DNA of 64,000 nt from Toensbergia leucococca (taxonomy: Eukaryota). The stretch spans positions 62,001 to 126,000 of the forward strand of contig JALDZS010000010.1 in assembly GCA_022813965.1 (NCBI GenBank), given 5' to 3'. A model generated the notes under the pieces. That model had not been told where the DNA came from. It did no database searches and worked only from the letters and a program-made list of their open reading frames with translations. Shown here piece by piece: positions 39,138 to 51,016 of this stretch (position 1 is the stretch's first letter; each line of letters begins with the position of its first letter). Position numbers and translations under genes: made by a program.

Positions 39138-39303
39138 TTACATTAAAGGTCTATATCAAATGTTTCATTAGCTTGTCTTCATACAAGTCTAATAACCTTA
39201 GATATTCTTATCTCATCTTGTCTTTATACAAGTGTGATATAACTATTCTCAAACACTTTTCAGTCAAGACTCTTAACATATTATGTGTTACATTCTATGC
39301 ATA

Positions 39304-39355
39304 AAACACAACAACACAACAACACAACAACACTACAACAACAAACACTCAACAA
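39304..39355. repeat. (ACAACACA)n-like low-complexity tract in the leader of element B
   Basis: aaacacaacaacacaacaacacaacaacactacaacaacaaacactcaacaa. Confidence 0.75.
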
Positions 39356-39502
39356 TTTCTCAACACTCTTTAACATCTCAATCATCATTATAACAAATGT
39401 TTTCCTTCTATTATAACAAACCTTCTTTACACTCTTTAATCCTTTCTCTCTTTTATAATAATCACTCTACCTCTTCTTAATTATGAACAATTCTTTTGAA
39501 GC

Positions 39503-39666
39503 TGTAAGGGTCTCTTTTAAGATTCTAAATTCTGAGTGTAATTAGAAAATAAATGACTATCTAGTCATGAAATCACTAAATATACTGTAATAATGTCAAG
39601 TCACTTAGCGTTGCTAACTTATCTATCCTTGCCTAACTTCTCTAGCTCTAAAAAAGCATTATAACA
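39503..39666 (-). mobile_element. Solo LTR of the A family, inverted, inside element B
   Basis: Reverse complement reads tgttataatgc...agagctag...aagtgacttgacatta...gagacccttaca; perfect TSD GAAGC at 39498-39502 and 39667-39671. Confidence 0.9.
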
Positions 39667-42600
39667 GAAGCAGAGGCTTTTAACAGTCAGTCTCTCTCTA
39701 AATGTTCAGCACAATCAAAAGCTCAGCTGTACTCTAAGCTTCTCTTATCTAATGCATCACTCATTGAGTCATCTGCTGAAAGCAATAAAGATAAAGATTC
39801 AGCAGCACTCAACTTAGAAAACATCTTTACTTCTACATAACTATAAGATTTTCTAAATCAGCAGTCACAAGCCTGCATAAATTATCTCTAACATCTGAGA
39901 GATCAATAAGATGAACGTTTTCTCATGACAGAAAAGGTGTCAGAAGCGCAACAGCAACGGAATCATCTCACGCAGTAGATAATAGATCTCAATTATGCTA
40001 ACCTTAGAGATTCAGAGATAAAGGTTTCTTTAGATCAGATGCTTGAAACGCAGATCAAGCTTGATGAAAAGATCACAGAGATAAAGAACTATTATACTAA
40101 GATCCGTCAGCTCAAACTAAAGCTGTCTGCTGTCTTAACAGAGAAACATCTGCAGACTTCATCACTGAATTCTTTTACAGACTTCATCACTGAATTCTTT
40201 TACAGACTTCTATTATCTCTCTCTCTAAACTCCGTACCTGTTAGAAAAGATTCTAAATTCTGAGAAGCTATCTGATAAAAAGAGTTCAACCTTTAAGACA
40301 TGACAACTGCAGATAAAGCTTAAGCTGACTGATAATTAAGATCAGTATTCTATCACACAGAAACAAAAGACTCTTATTATCTGTTCTCTCAAGAATAATG
40401 CTCTTCATTATTGCCTTCTGAGATCACTGTTCACAGTCATTAATTCTTTCTCACCTGTGATGAACATTATTAAGTATTTAGTGATGATTTATGAGAATCT
40501 CAACAAGGTCTGAAACGCCTGTCAGAATTTTAATAAACTACAGCAGATGAGCAATAAGCTGTTTTATCAGTTTTATGCAATCTTCTTTCTTCTAACCTTA
40601 TCATTGAACATCAATGAGATGACCCTTATTATCTATCTAGAGAAAAAAGTCAACCCTCAGTTACAGGCAGTTCTAGCTATAACCTTCTCTGACTTCATCA
40701 GTCTCTCTAAACTGCAGAGCTACCTGCAAAAGGTAGACAAGAAACAGAGATACAACTGAATGTTGCATGAAGTCACCTCTTTTTTCTCTATAAAACTCAT
40801 CTACAAGGTCTCTACACTTATCTCTCAGACCTTGATAATCTGCAGCGCTCACTTATAGAAGTCAGTAATTATCTTGACTGACAAGTCTGTGATTAAAATA
40901 AATAACAAGTCTGTGATCACTTATGCTCTTACCTTCTTACTAAGAAGACTCTTTCAAATCATGCTCACAGATGTGAAATACTTTCTGCGCACCCTTAGAA
41001 TCTGCTACAACTGCAGCAAGCTCAATCACTTTGCTTCAGACTGCATAGAATCTAAGAAAGTCAGTCTCAAAGATTGCATTCAAAAGATCTCTAACCTTGA
41101 TAAGAATAAAGATGAAGAAGAGACTAAAGAGAAGGTTAAGAAGACTCTAAAGATAAAAAACTAAAGCTCTTCATTAAAGATATGATAAAGAGAGAGTTGT
41201 CAATTGCTTCTTTGAATTCTGATTAGAATCCTTATGCACTCAAGCCTTTTATCACAGCATGCACTCTGTTTATAATTAGCATTAGTTATAAAATACAAGC
41301 TTTGATTGACATTAGTGCTCATAATTATGCTTTCATTGATTCTATTGCCGCGCATTCTCTTTGTAAACTCTTCTCCATCTCATTTATTTTGTTACTCAAG
41401 TCTAAACTCATCTGAGAGTTTAATAAGAAACACAACATATTTATTACACATCAGATTCTAATAGATCTGTGAGTGACAGATTACTCTAAACTGTCTTGCT
41501 TATTGTTAATCATCATATTGAGTCAACATGACATTATTTTAGAGAAGATCTGAATAAATCATCACAGAGTATTACTGAACATAAGTGCTAACAAGCTTTA
41601 TTTCTTGCCTAAAAGATGTGATTATTCTGAAGTGTCTACAGTGATTCTATCAGTTAAGGATGTCTCTAAAGTCAACCTATTTCTGAGTCACTAATGCATC
41701 ACTACACTCTCTAAAATGTTAGTCTCTTCAGTTGAGGTCTCTTTAGTTAAGACCTCTCTCATTAAGTGACCTTCAGATAAGTCTGCTCTCTTATATCTTT
41801 TCTCTTTACAGTGACCTGACTGATAGTACTTCTGATAAAACTCAAACTTCTCTCAGAGAAATGAGATATCTTTGTGCGCTCTTTCAGATGCCTGAGAGTC
41901 TCTATTTTCAGATATCTCATATGAAAGTCACTGAACAGAAACTGAGATTGCTTATTGAAGAATAAACGCTGTGATTAATCTGATGAAAATAAAAGCAGCG
42001 GTGCTGACCTAAAGACACTCTGAGAGTCATCAAACACTCATCTCAGTAAATATTTATGAAGTTAATACCGCCTCATTTCACCTTCTGATAAAGGACTCAT
42101 AGAATTGAGTCTTTTTCATTATCATTGTGAAGATTAAGAAGCTTCAGGCGCAGAAAGCAGTCAGAGATTCTTCCTCATTAGAGATCATATTTCTGAGTAA
42201 AATGAGCTTAGTAAACACCGTGAAACTAATGATTAAACTGCCCTCAGAGTATCATAATTATGCTAATATTTTTGACAAGCAAGTTCTCAAAGTCCTGCCT
42301 CTTAGGCGCTTCTATAATTATAAGATTAAGCTAAAGAGTTCAGACTCACTGTCTAAGAGCTAACTGTACCTCATGTTTAAGAAGAAACTTCAGAAGATAA
42401 AAGAGTACTTGTCTAAGAATTTAGACAAGGGATTTATTGTTCTAAGTAAAGCCTCCTTTGCGTCTCTTATTCTGTTTGTCATCAAATCAGATAACAGTCT
42501 GCACTTCTGTGTAGATTACTGACACTTAAATACTCTGACTCACTAAGACTGATACTCATTACTTTTGATTGATGAGACTTTGACCTGAATTATCAGCTGC

Positions 42601-45600
42601 AAGTTCATTATCAAGTTTGACATTATTGCAGTCTTTAACAAGCTATAAATGCACTTAGATAGTGAGGAGCTCACAATCTTCTGCACCCTCATAAGAGTGT
42701 ACAAGTATTATGTTCTTTCTTTTGACTCAATCAACAGATCAACCTCCTTTCAGCATTACATCAATAACACTCTCTTTAAATGTCTTAATGACTATGCACA
42801 GACATACTTAAATAACATTCTCATTTATAGCAAGACTCAGCAAGAACATGTCAAATATGTTAGAAATGTTCTTAAGAAGCTTCAAGCTGTTAGCCTGCAA
42901 ATTGACATCAAAAAGAGTGAGTTTTTTATCATAAAGATTATCTTTTTAGACTTGCTGATCTTTATTGATGAGCTGAGAATGAACCCCTGAAAGATTGAGG
43001 TAATCATAAATTGAAATGTCTCTTAGTGCCTCAAGGAGATATAATTCTTCATTGACTTCTGTAACTTCTTTTGATAGTTCATCAAGAACTTTAGCAAAAT
43101 CACTCACTCACTGACGCAGCTGAGTGACAAGAACAAGTGATTTGACTGAACAGATGCCTGTTAGAAAGTCTTTGAACTTCTTAAGAAAACGGTGACAGAA
43201 TTATCAGTGCTCACTTATTTTGATTAGACTCAGACAGTCATTTCAAAATGTGACTTCTTCAATAATGTTAGTAAAGGTATCTTATTACAGTATGAAGATG
43301 ATAGCCTGCTGCACTCAGTGACCTTCTTTAATAAGAACCTTATACCTGCAGAATGCAATTATAAGATCTATGACAAGGAGCTGCTGATGATCATTCAGTG
43401 TCTTAAAAATTGACAGTCAGATTTAAAGAGTACTGAAATCCTCATAAAGATCTTTACAGATCATAAAGCGCTGATCTACTTTATAAAAAGCAAAGAGCTA
43501 ACCTAAAGGCAGGCTCATTGAGTGAAAAAGCTCTCTGAGTTTAACTTTAAGATTCAATATCAAACAGGCTTACAGAATGCAAAGACAGATGCTCTGAGCA
43601 GGCTGTCTAACTCTTCATCTCTGAACAATAATGATTCTTAGAAGCTTTATCAACATCAGACCCTTTTAACAGCTGACTGATTAAAGACTTCTTTAACAGA
43701 GCTGACACTCATCACCCCTGAACCCCTTAACTTGAAAGAAGAAAATATTCTGAGTGTCACTGATGATCTTACAAAAGATTATGCCCTAAAGATGAACTCA
43801 AAGCATAATTTAGAAGGTCTCTTATTCTCTCTGTTTGAACAGACTACAGAGATCAGCAAGACTGACTCAGAGTATCTGATAGCTAAAAGAGTTTAAATAA
43901 AAGGCAAGACTCACTATGAGGGTATCAGTCTGCAAGCATGCTTCTTAAAAGATGATATTCTCTATCACAAAGATCAGTTATGAGTTCTAACAGATAATCA
44001 ATTAAGGTTTGAGATCCTTTGAGAGGTTCATAACTTTCTGATTAGCAGTCATCTGAGAATCACTCACATGAAAGCTCTTTTATGATGATATTATTTCTGA
44101 TCTGAATTGTAAGCCTTCATGAAACATTACTGCTAAAACTGTCATGATTGCTGTCAGGCAAAGGCCTCTAAAGAGAAGCTCAACGGGCTGCTGCAGCCGT
44201 TGCTTATCTCTGTAAAACACTGAGAGAACATTGTTATAAACTTTATTACTGACCTTTTAAAGTCTGAAGATAAGAACGTCATTCTTATTATTATTGACTG
44301 CCTCAGCAAGGAACATCACTACATATTATGCTCTATTAATAAGAACAGCACCTCTGTAAAGTGAACTGTAAAGATGATAATTCAAAATGTCTTTCAGCTA
44401 TATGAGGTGTTAATTTCTATTGTTTTAGACTATGAATCTCAGTTTGTGTTCATCATGTAAAAGGTCTTATGCAAGCGCCTCTTTATTAATGTTTATCTGA
44501 GCACTGCCTTTCATTCTCAGATAAATGAGTAATCTGAATGTGTCAATCAAGACATAGAGTCTTATCTCTGACTCTATTGCAATTACTATCAGAATGACTG
44601 AGTTTAGCACTTACTCATAAGAGAATTTGCAGATAATAATAACGTTTTCTCAGTTACAGAAATGTCTCTGTTCTTTGTAAACAAAGTGTTTCACTCTCAG
44701 ATAAGTTTCAGCTCAGATACCTTTACTTATAAAAGCATCTAAGAGTGTCTCCTTGCTCACTGAGCAGAAGACATTATAAAAACTATGAAGAACAGTCTGA
44801 CATACATAAAAGAGCAGCTGAAATGAGCTCAAGTGATCATGACTATTAATGTGAACTGTTACTGCAAAGATGTCACCTATGAGATAAGTCAGAAGGTCTT
44901 TTTAAACCGCTGCAACATCAAGATCAAGAGGTTGTGCCTCAAGCTGAATAACAAGAATATAGGTTTATACAAGATTCTGCAGAAGGTTAAAATCACTTAC
45001 TGACTCAAGCTTCTGACCTTTATAAAGATACACTCAGTATTTTATGTCATGCATCTTCAGACTGTTATTACAGACCCTCTTTCTGAGCAGATCAACGCTT
45101 CTCTCAAGTCAGTAATAGTTGATAATCAGAATAAATGAGTGATAGATAAGATCATTAATTCTCACTGTACTGAGATCAACTGCTGCCTTCAATACTGAGT
45201 TAAATGACACAACTACTCTCAGAATGATATCTAATACAATGTGAATGACAATAAGTTTGAGCACTCTTAAGAACTCATAAATACATTTCATGCTTAGTAC
45301 TCAAACATGTCTAAACCTTATCTGCATTACTGTTAAGAATCACTCTCTGATGTCTGAAAGTTATTTAAAGCTTAGCTGCAACTTGATTCAGCAGCGCATT
45401 TAAGTCTTTATTAAAGACTTCAATCAAATGAATCTGAGACTCTAATCTACTATCATTAAGTGCCTTAAGAGAAGTGTTCTGAGATTGCAGTCAGAAAGTT
45501 AACTGACAGCTCTGATTCTTATTCCTGCAAGCTGAGTCAGCAGGTATTAAGATGAACAGATAAATTACTCTCTTTTATATACTCACTGAGTATCTGTTTA

Positions 45601-45829
45601 GCTATTAGGCGCCTGCACATGCTAAACTGCTGAAAAAAGTTTCAGAATGCACATTTTTGTATGCGCGCATCAAGTTTCTCATACAAATCCTTAACTTCTG
45701 ATATAGCATAAGCAGAAACATGATAATTTTTTCTGCACAATAAAAGTGTTTCCTTTTCATTTTTTTTTATTTCTTTTCTTTTATTCTTCACAAGCAATAA
45801 GAGCATTGCTTACTTGTAAGAGGGGGTAA

Positions 45830-46065
45830 TGTTATGATCTACCTTAACATCTTAGCTTCTGCTCTAGCATCCTAGTGTATGCACAGATTAAGGTCAATAC
45901 AAGAGCTAGAAGTTGACATGGAGAGTTGTTAGATATTATGACTGTTATCTGATGACACCCTGTCAAATACTTATAACACATTTCTTTTCTGTACTTTTAG
46001 ATCTTTACTTTTAGTGTTCTATTCAATAGTATCTCTATAACTAGACTCTAGACCTGACTGTGACA
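45830..46065 (+). repeat. 3' LTR of element B
   Basis: tgttatgatct...gacctgactgtgaca, preceded by the polypurine tract. Confidence 0.9.
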
Positions 46066-48426
46066 CTCAGTTAGAATAGATAAGGATTTCAAGGCAAAAA
46101 TTATATGAGGTTATAAAAAGGATACTAAATTGAAAAAGGTCATAAAAGTTTTAAAGAAAAACCATGGCATGAGCGCCGCAAAAATTTCTTTCAAAGGGGC
46201 AGACAACGGCCTAATTTTTTATATTAATAAACTAACTGATAAAAGATAACTGATTATATCATGAACTTGTGAGAAGAAGATATTTGCAATCACTCATGAT
46301 AATCAAGGTCATTTAGACTATAACAAATTGTATGAGAAAATCACTTGATTCTAATATATTCATGAATTACATAAGTCTTTAAAGAAGTATCTCTGACATT
46401 GCCCTACCTGTCAAATCTATCTAACTCACAGACATATGCCTTATAAATCACTGCAATTAATTATAGCATTACTGCAGTTATTTCATACTATTACTATTGA
46501 CTTTATTCTTGCACTTTTAAAGTTGAATGAAAAGTTCAATAATCTCATGACAGCTATCTGCAAGTTTAGTAAATAAGTACTGTTAATCTCTGAAGAATTC
46601 AAGTATTCTGCTGAAGACTGAGCAATAAGCTACCTTAATGCCTTGATAAAAGCAAAATGAGATCTATCATTGATTATTGTATCTGATCAAGACTGAAAAT
46701 TCCTTAGTTTATTCTGAACAGCACTGTTTAAATAATTAGGGGTAAAGCTCTTATATAGCACTGCTTATCACTCACAGACTAATGATTAATCAGAGAGAAC
46801 TAATCAAATGGTGAAAATAACTCTTCAGTACTACATGCAATTTATAAAAGATTCAGCACACTGATCAAAGATAATATCTCTTCTATAATCTAACTTGAAC
46901 AATTTCATATCAGTGTCTGTAAATAAGACTCTGAATGAGATATGTTATGAAACATTCATTCAAGATTCAACATTCTGAATCACAGAGAAGGATGACAGAA
47001 TAGTCATAAATATTCTGAACTTCTGAATTCAAGTATTGAACACAATAGACTTCACTGCAGTGACAGCTAAATATTACTATAATTACAAGCATCAGTCAAT
47101 AAACTTGAAGGTCAGAGACTATGTGCAGACAGTTCTACACAAGGAATATTTACTGAATACTCTGAGTGTTAGATTCAAAAAGCTTGATATGCAATCTACA
47201 GGATCATTCAAGATCATAGAAAAGATAGAATAACTTACCGGTAAACTGAATATTTCACAGAATTAATAAGTGCACCTAATGTTTATTATTTAACAATTGA
47301 AGTTAGTGTTGAACTCTAACTTAAATTCATATCAATATTCTCAGTCAGATGAGTCACTGTTAATTCATGTTGACAGTGACACAAAAACCTTCAAGTCTTT
47401 TGAAGTAGAATGTCTACTTGACAAAAGGATTGTCAAAAGAGAATGTAATAAATTCATAGAATATCTGATAAGATAAAAAGGGTACAGACTAAAGCATGAC
47501 AAATTTATGAATTTAAAGAACTTAGATAATTTCATAAATTTGATACAGAACTATAAGACTTCTAAAAACAAGCAACTGATACAGATCATAGATAGTAATG
47601 CTCTGAAGGTATTAAGGACTCAAGTAATTATAAAATGAGGATAATGATAATCTAAAAGGGTCACATAGTAGCTATCACTAGAAATTACACTGAAACTCTA
47701 CTTGCCTATAATTAATTACTGAAGTAACTACAGTTAATTTATCATCAGAGGCAAAGGTCACACATTTTATCTCTTTTTATTAGCAAGTACAGTGAATGAG
47801 TTCAAGTCTTAACCTTACCTTTTTATTTCATTCTCTCATCTTTTCTTATTCTACATTTACTGTCATTATCTTTTCATTATTAGTCAATTTAGTTGTCATT
47901 GACAGTACAGCTTGCTATCATCATATCTATATCATTGTCAAAAATTCACAGATAGTCTACAAACTGATCAGTCTTTTACTCACAATTTACAATTTTCTTA
48001 AGCTTTATTTTATTTAAAAGTTTGCTATCACTGTTTTTTCTTATTAACTAGATTGTCAAATCTTTGAAACACTCACAGATTAGCCTGCAACGCAGTATCA
48101 TCAACTACCTTTACTAGTTTAGCAATTCAAATCTTCTACACTATCTGTACAGTCTGAATTAGTCAAGGAGACTCTACCTGCTTCAAGTGTGAATGTTGGA
48201 ATATCTTTTAATACTTTACATACTGAATAATCTAAGGAGTGTTCAATACATTTACCTTTTCTTATCTAGCATTTGAACAACATCTGTTAGCAGTATCTAA
48301 CTAGTATTTTGTCTGTCAGACATTGAAATCATCACTGATTATTTAGCTAATAATTCAGAAGGTTTTAATCAATATTATCTCATCTTTCAGCTTTTATCAC
48401 AATATCACTATTATTTTAGATTTATC

Positions 48427-49780
48427 ATGATCAAGTGTAAAGTTGTGTTCAAAGAGATGACTGATGATTCTGAGTCACAAGCGCTAGTTACTTCAGTCAA
48501 AAAACAAAAGAAGTCTGAAAAGTTCATAAATTTCTCAAGCATGAGACACATGATTATAAAAACATCTTCTTTAATTAAGCTTACAGACCTCACTATTAAA
48601 GATCAGCAATATCTACTAAAAGAGGTAAAAAAACAACTGCTCACTGATGCACAACCTTATGATTATAAACTTCTAAATATCAAATATAAAAAAACAATGT
48701 ATGAGATTGAATATGTCATGAGATACCTGCACCCTGCTGTCAGGTTTGCAGTTAAGAATTCTAACTCAGTAAAAGGGTATATCATCACTAATTCTTTTAC
48801 AGTACCTACTAAACTCAGCACAAATATTAATCTCATGAAATGTATAATAAAAAATTGTCATAAACTCTTCACAGACAAAAGAATGAGTTAGAATCAATAC
48901 TAGTAAGATCACTTCTGAAAAACCTGTCTACTTAGTAATCTCAAATGAAACCTTCAAGACAATGATAGACTATGCTAATGAAATTTTCACAGATATTCTT
49001 AACATGAAATATTAAGTGAAAGATTTATTTGATTCTCTTATTAATAAACGTTACATTCTGTTTAACTCTAACTATGTACTGAAAGATAATCATCAAGAAA
49101 TTGCTAATGCAATGACAAAAGATTATCATGACTGAAAGATTCAGACACATACTGAGTATAGAAATCAGTATGAGTCATACATTTATCTAAGAAAACAGTG
49201 AGAGTAAGAACTAGTTAAATAAGCATAAAATGTTTATGATAATTTTATAGTGTGACCTTATCCTGAGTTAGATTAATCTGAACTGATAAATTTGACTGAC
49301 TTAATTAATGAAGAGCTCTGACAGATTCAGAGTAATTTCACAATGAATGTCAGAGACTTGATAATGTTTCAGAACAATCTTATGTTAGCAATTCTATGAA
49401 TTAAATGATCTACAAAGCAGAATACTCATGAAGAATTCACATTTACTGTGATAAATATGATAAGCAAAGTCATAAATAGATCAAAGGATGATAACTAAAG
49501 GAGTTCACTAAAAGCTGATGTTATGTCAACTGAAAGTTTTATTGAAATCCTGACAATAAATTCTGAGCTACCTAGTACAAATAAAAAGTTACTGATGATA
49601 AATATCAGTGCATCAGAAGATGATAAAGTCATAAAAACACCGTCATTATCAGCTATCTATTTATGTTATTTAGTAGTTCTTATGCTGTTACTTACTGCTG
49701 TCCTGTCATTACTCACTATCTTAGACAAGAATAGTAACACCTTTTCATACTATCTGTCAGCTACAAAAGATTTAAGTTAA
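48427..49780 (+). pseudogene. Degenerate extra ORF of element A between pol and the 3' LTR, function unknown
   Basis: 154-aa and 85-aa open stretches (48427-48891, 49523-49780) linked by stop-interrupted but protein-like sequence. It lies inside the LTR/TSD boundaries and after the chromodomain. Confidence 0.5.
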
Positions 49781-49858
49781 GATGAAATAACTTTTTAATG
49801 TGAGAAGTTCACAGCAGAATCATGAGAGCATAAAGGATCTTTTTCATGTGAGGTGTGT

Positions 49859-50013
49859 TGTTACAGTGTTTCTTTCTTTCTTAGAGCTAAAAGTTGAGTC
49901 AGCAACTCTAAGTGACTTGACATCATCATGATATATTAAGTGACTTCACACCTAGATAGTTAAACATCTTTTATTGACACTAAGAATTTAGAATCTCATA
50001 AGAGACTCTTACA
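49859..50013 (+). repeat. 3' LTR of element A (155 bp, ~17-bp internal deletion)
   Basis: tgttacagtgtttctttctttcttagagct...gagactcttaca followed by TSD GATAG. Confidence 0.9.
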
Positions 50014-50844
50014 GATAGTTAATTCTACTCACAATATTTTATCTGAAGCCTTTCTGATAATGTTTAGCAGAGTGATTAATCAGTATGACTTTATCTATAA
50101 ATAATCTTCTTTCACTGATTTTTAGAGCACTATTATGCTGCTATGCTTGAAGTGACTAGGGCAGTATTGACTGATAAAACAAGCGTTAAAAAGGGGGTGT
50201 AAAATCAAGAGTAGATGTGATAGAGTTAGATGCAAAATTCAGTTCAGAATATCATCAATGTCTGAGAATTTCTTAGAAGAGACATTAAGAATTATCTTCT
50301 GAATCTTATGTACATTTATATCTGATAGCTCTAACTTTAAAGAGTATTTATATCCTTTTAGATTCTAAAGGTCTGCTTTAGAGAGGGGGAGAAAAAAAGA
50401 CTAACTTAAAAGGTTTATCTTATTTATCACATCAGCTATCAATTTATTATCAGATTCTTTTAGTGATAACATGTAAGCTTGTTTAAATGTTTGATTATTT
50501 GCTTACTTGACTAGATTTTATAGCTCATTGAGAGATTCAGCTGCTTTTACTAAACTTTCTCTGTGTGCTTGCTTCAGAGCTTTCTCTATAAGTTGTTTCT
50601 TTTAATTTCTAGCCTCATAATACTGCTCTCAATTCTTATCTGTGTATGTGCATTGAAATTAATGTCTTAGGTATTGAGTATTTCTGCAGACTTTCTTACA
50701 TTTCTCTGTTTATCTTACTCAGACATAAGGGCTGTTTTAGATCATAAGAGTAAAGATGATGATTATCAGTATTAATTCTGAGATTAGACCTTCTATTGTT
50801 ATATCTATGATAATCTTTCTTACTGTCATCATTAAGAGTTTTAG

Positions 50845-51016
50845 TGTTATAGTGTTTCTTTCTTACTTAGAGCTAGAAGTAGTTAGGTAAGAATAGATAA
50901 GTTAAGAACTTTAAGTGACTTAACATAGTCATAATATATCTAGTAACTTTACACTTAGATAGTAATTCATTTTCTAATTACACTCAGAATTCAGAATCTC
51001 ATAAAAGACCCTTATA
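50845..51016 (+). mobile_element. Solo LTR of the A family inserted in LINE ORF2
   Basis: tgttatagtgtttctttc...aagacccttata, colinear with 33735-33906. Flanks (t)ttag / ttaa(a) are only an imperfect TSD. Confidence 0.85.

Larger units (their letters stand above)
38902..46065 (+). mobile_element. Ty3/gypsy chromovirus B (degenerate; ~7.0 kb), inserted between RNase H and integrase of element A
   Basis: 236-bp LTRs; TSD CTTAG (38897-38901) / CTCAG (46066-46070). Gag knuckle CYNCSKLNHFASDC (~41000), protease ALIDISA (~41300), RT LHFCVDY and YLNN, RNase H NYKIYDKELL / TDHKAL / DALS, integrase STAFHSQ, chromodomain-like *VIDKIINS..LQY*VK* (~45140), polypurine tract aagaggggg at 45818-45826. Confidence 0.92.
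33735..50013 (+). mobile_element. Ty3/gypsy LTR retrotransposon A (degenerate; ~9.1 kb without element B), inserted in the LINE RT
   Basis: Paired LTRs and perfect TSD GATAG (33730-33734 / 50014-50018). Gag, C2H2 finger (~36040), protease VCLNMSA (~36330), RT RAVVNIQGLN and YIDN (~37570-37880), RNase H DALS (~38810), integrase HDNQGHL / HCPTCQ / IDFILAL / STAYHSQ (46290-46800), chromodomain FEVECLLDKR..EYLIR*KGY (~47400). The LINE reading SRINY|LTKIYCL rejoins across the TSD. Confidence 0.92.
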
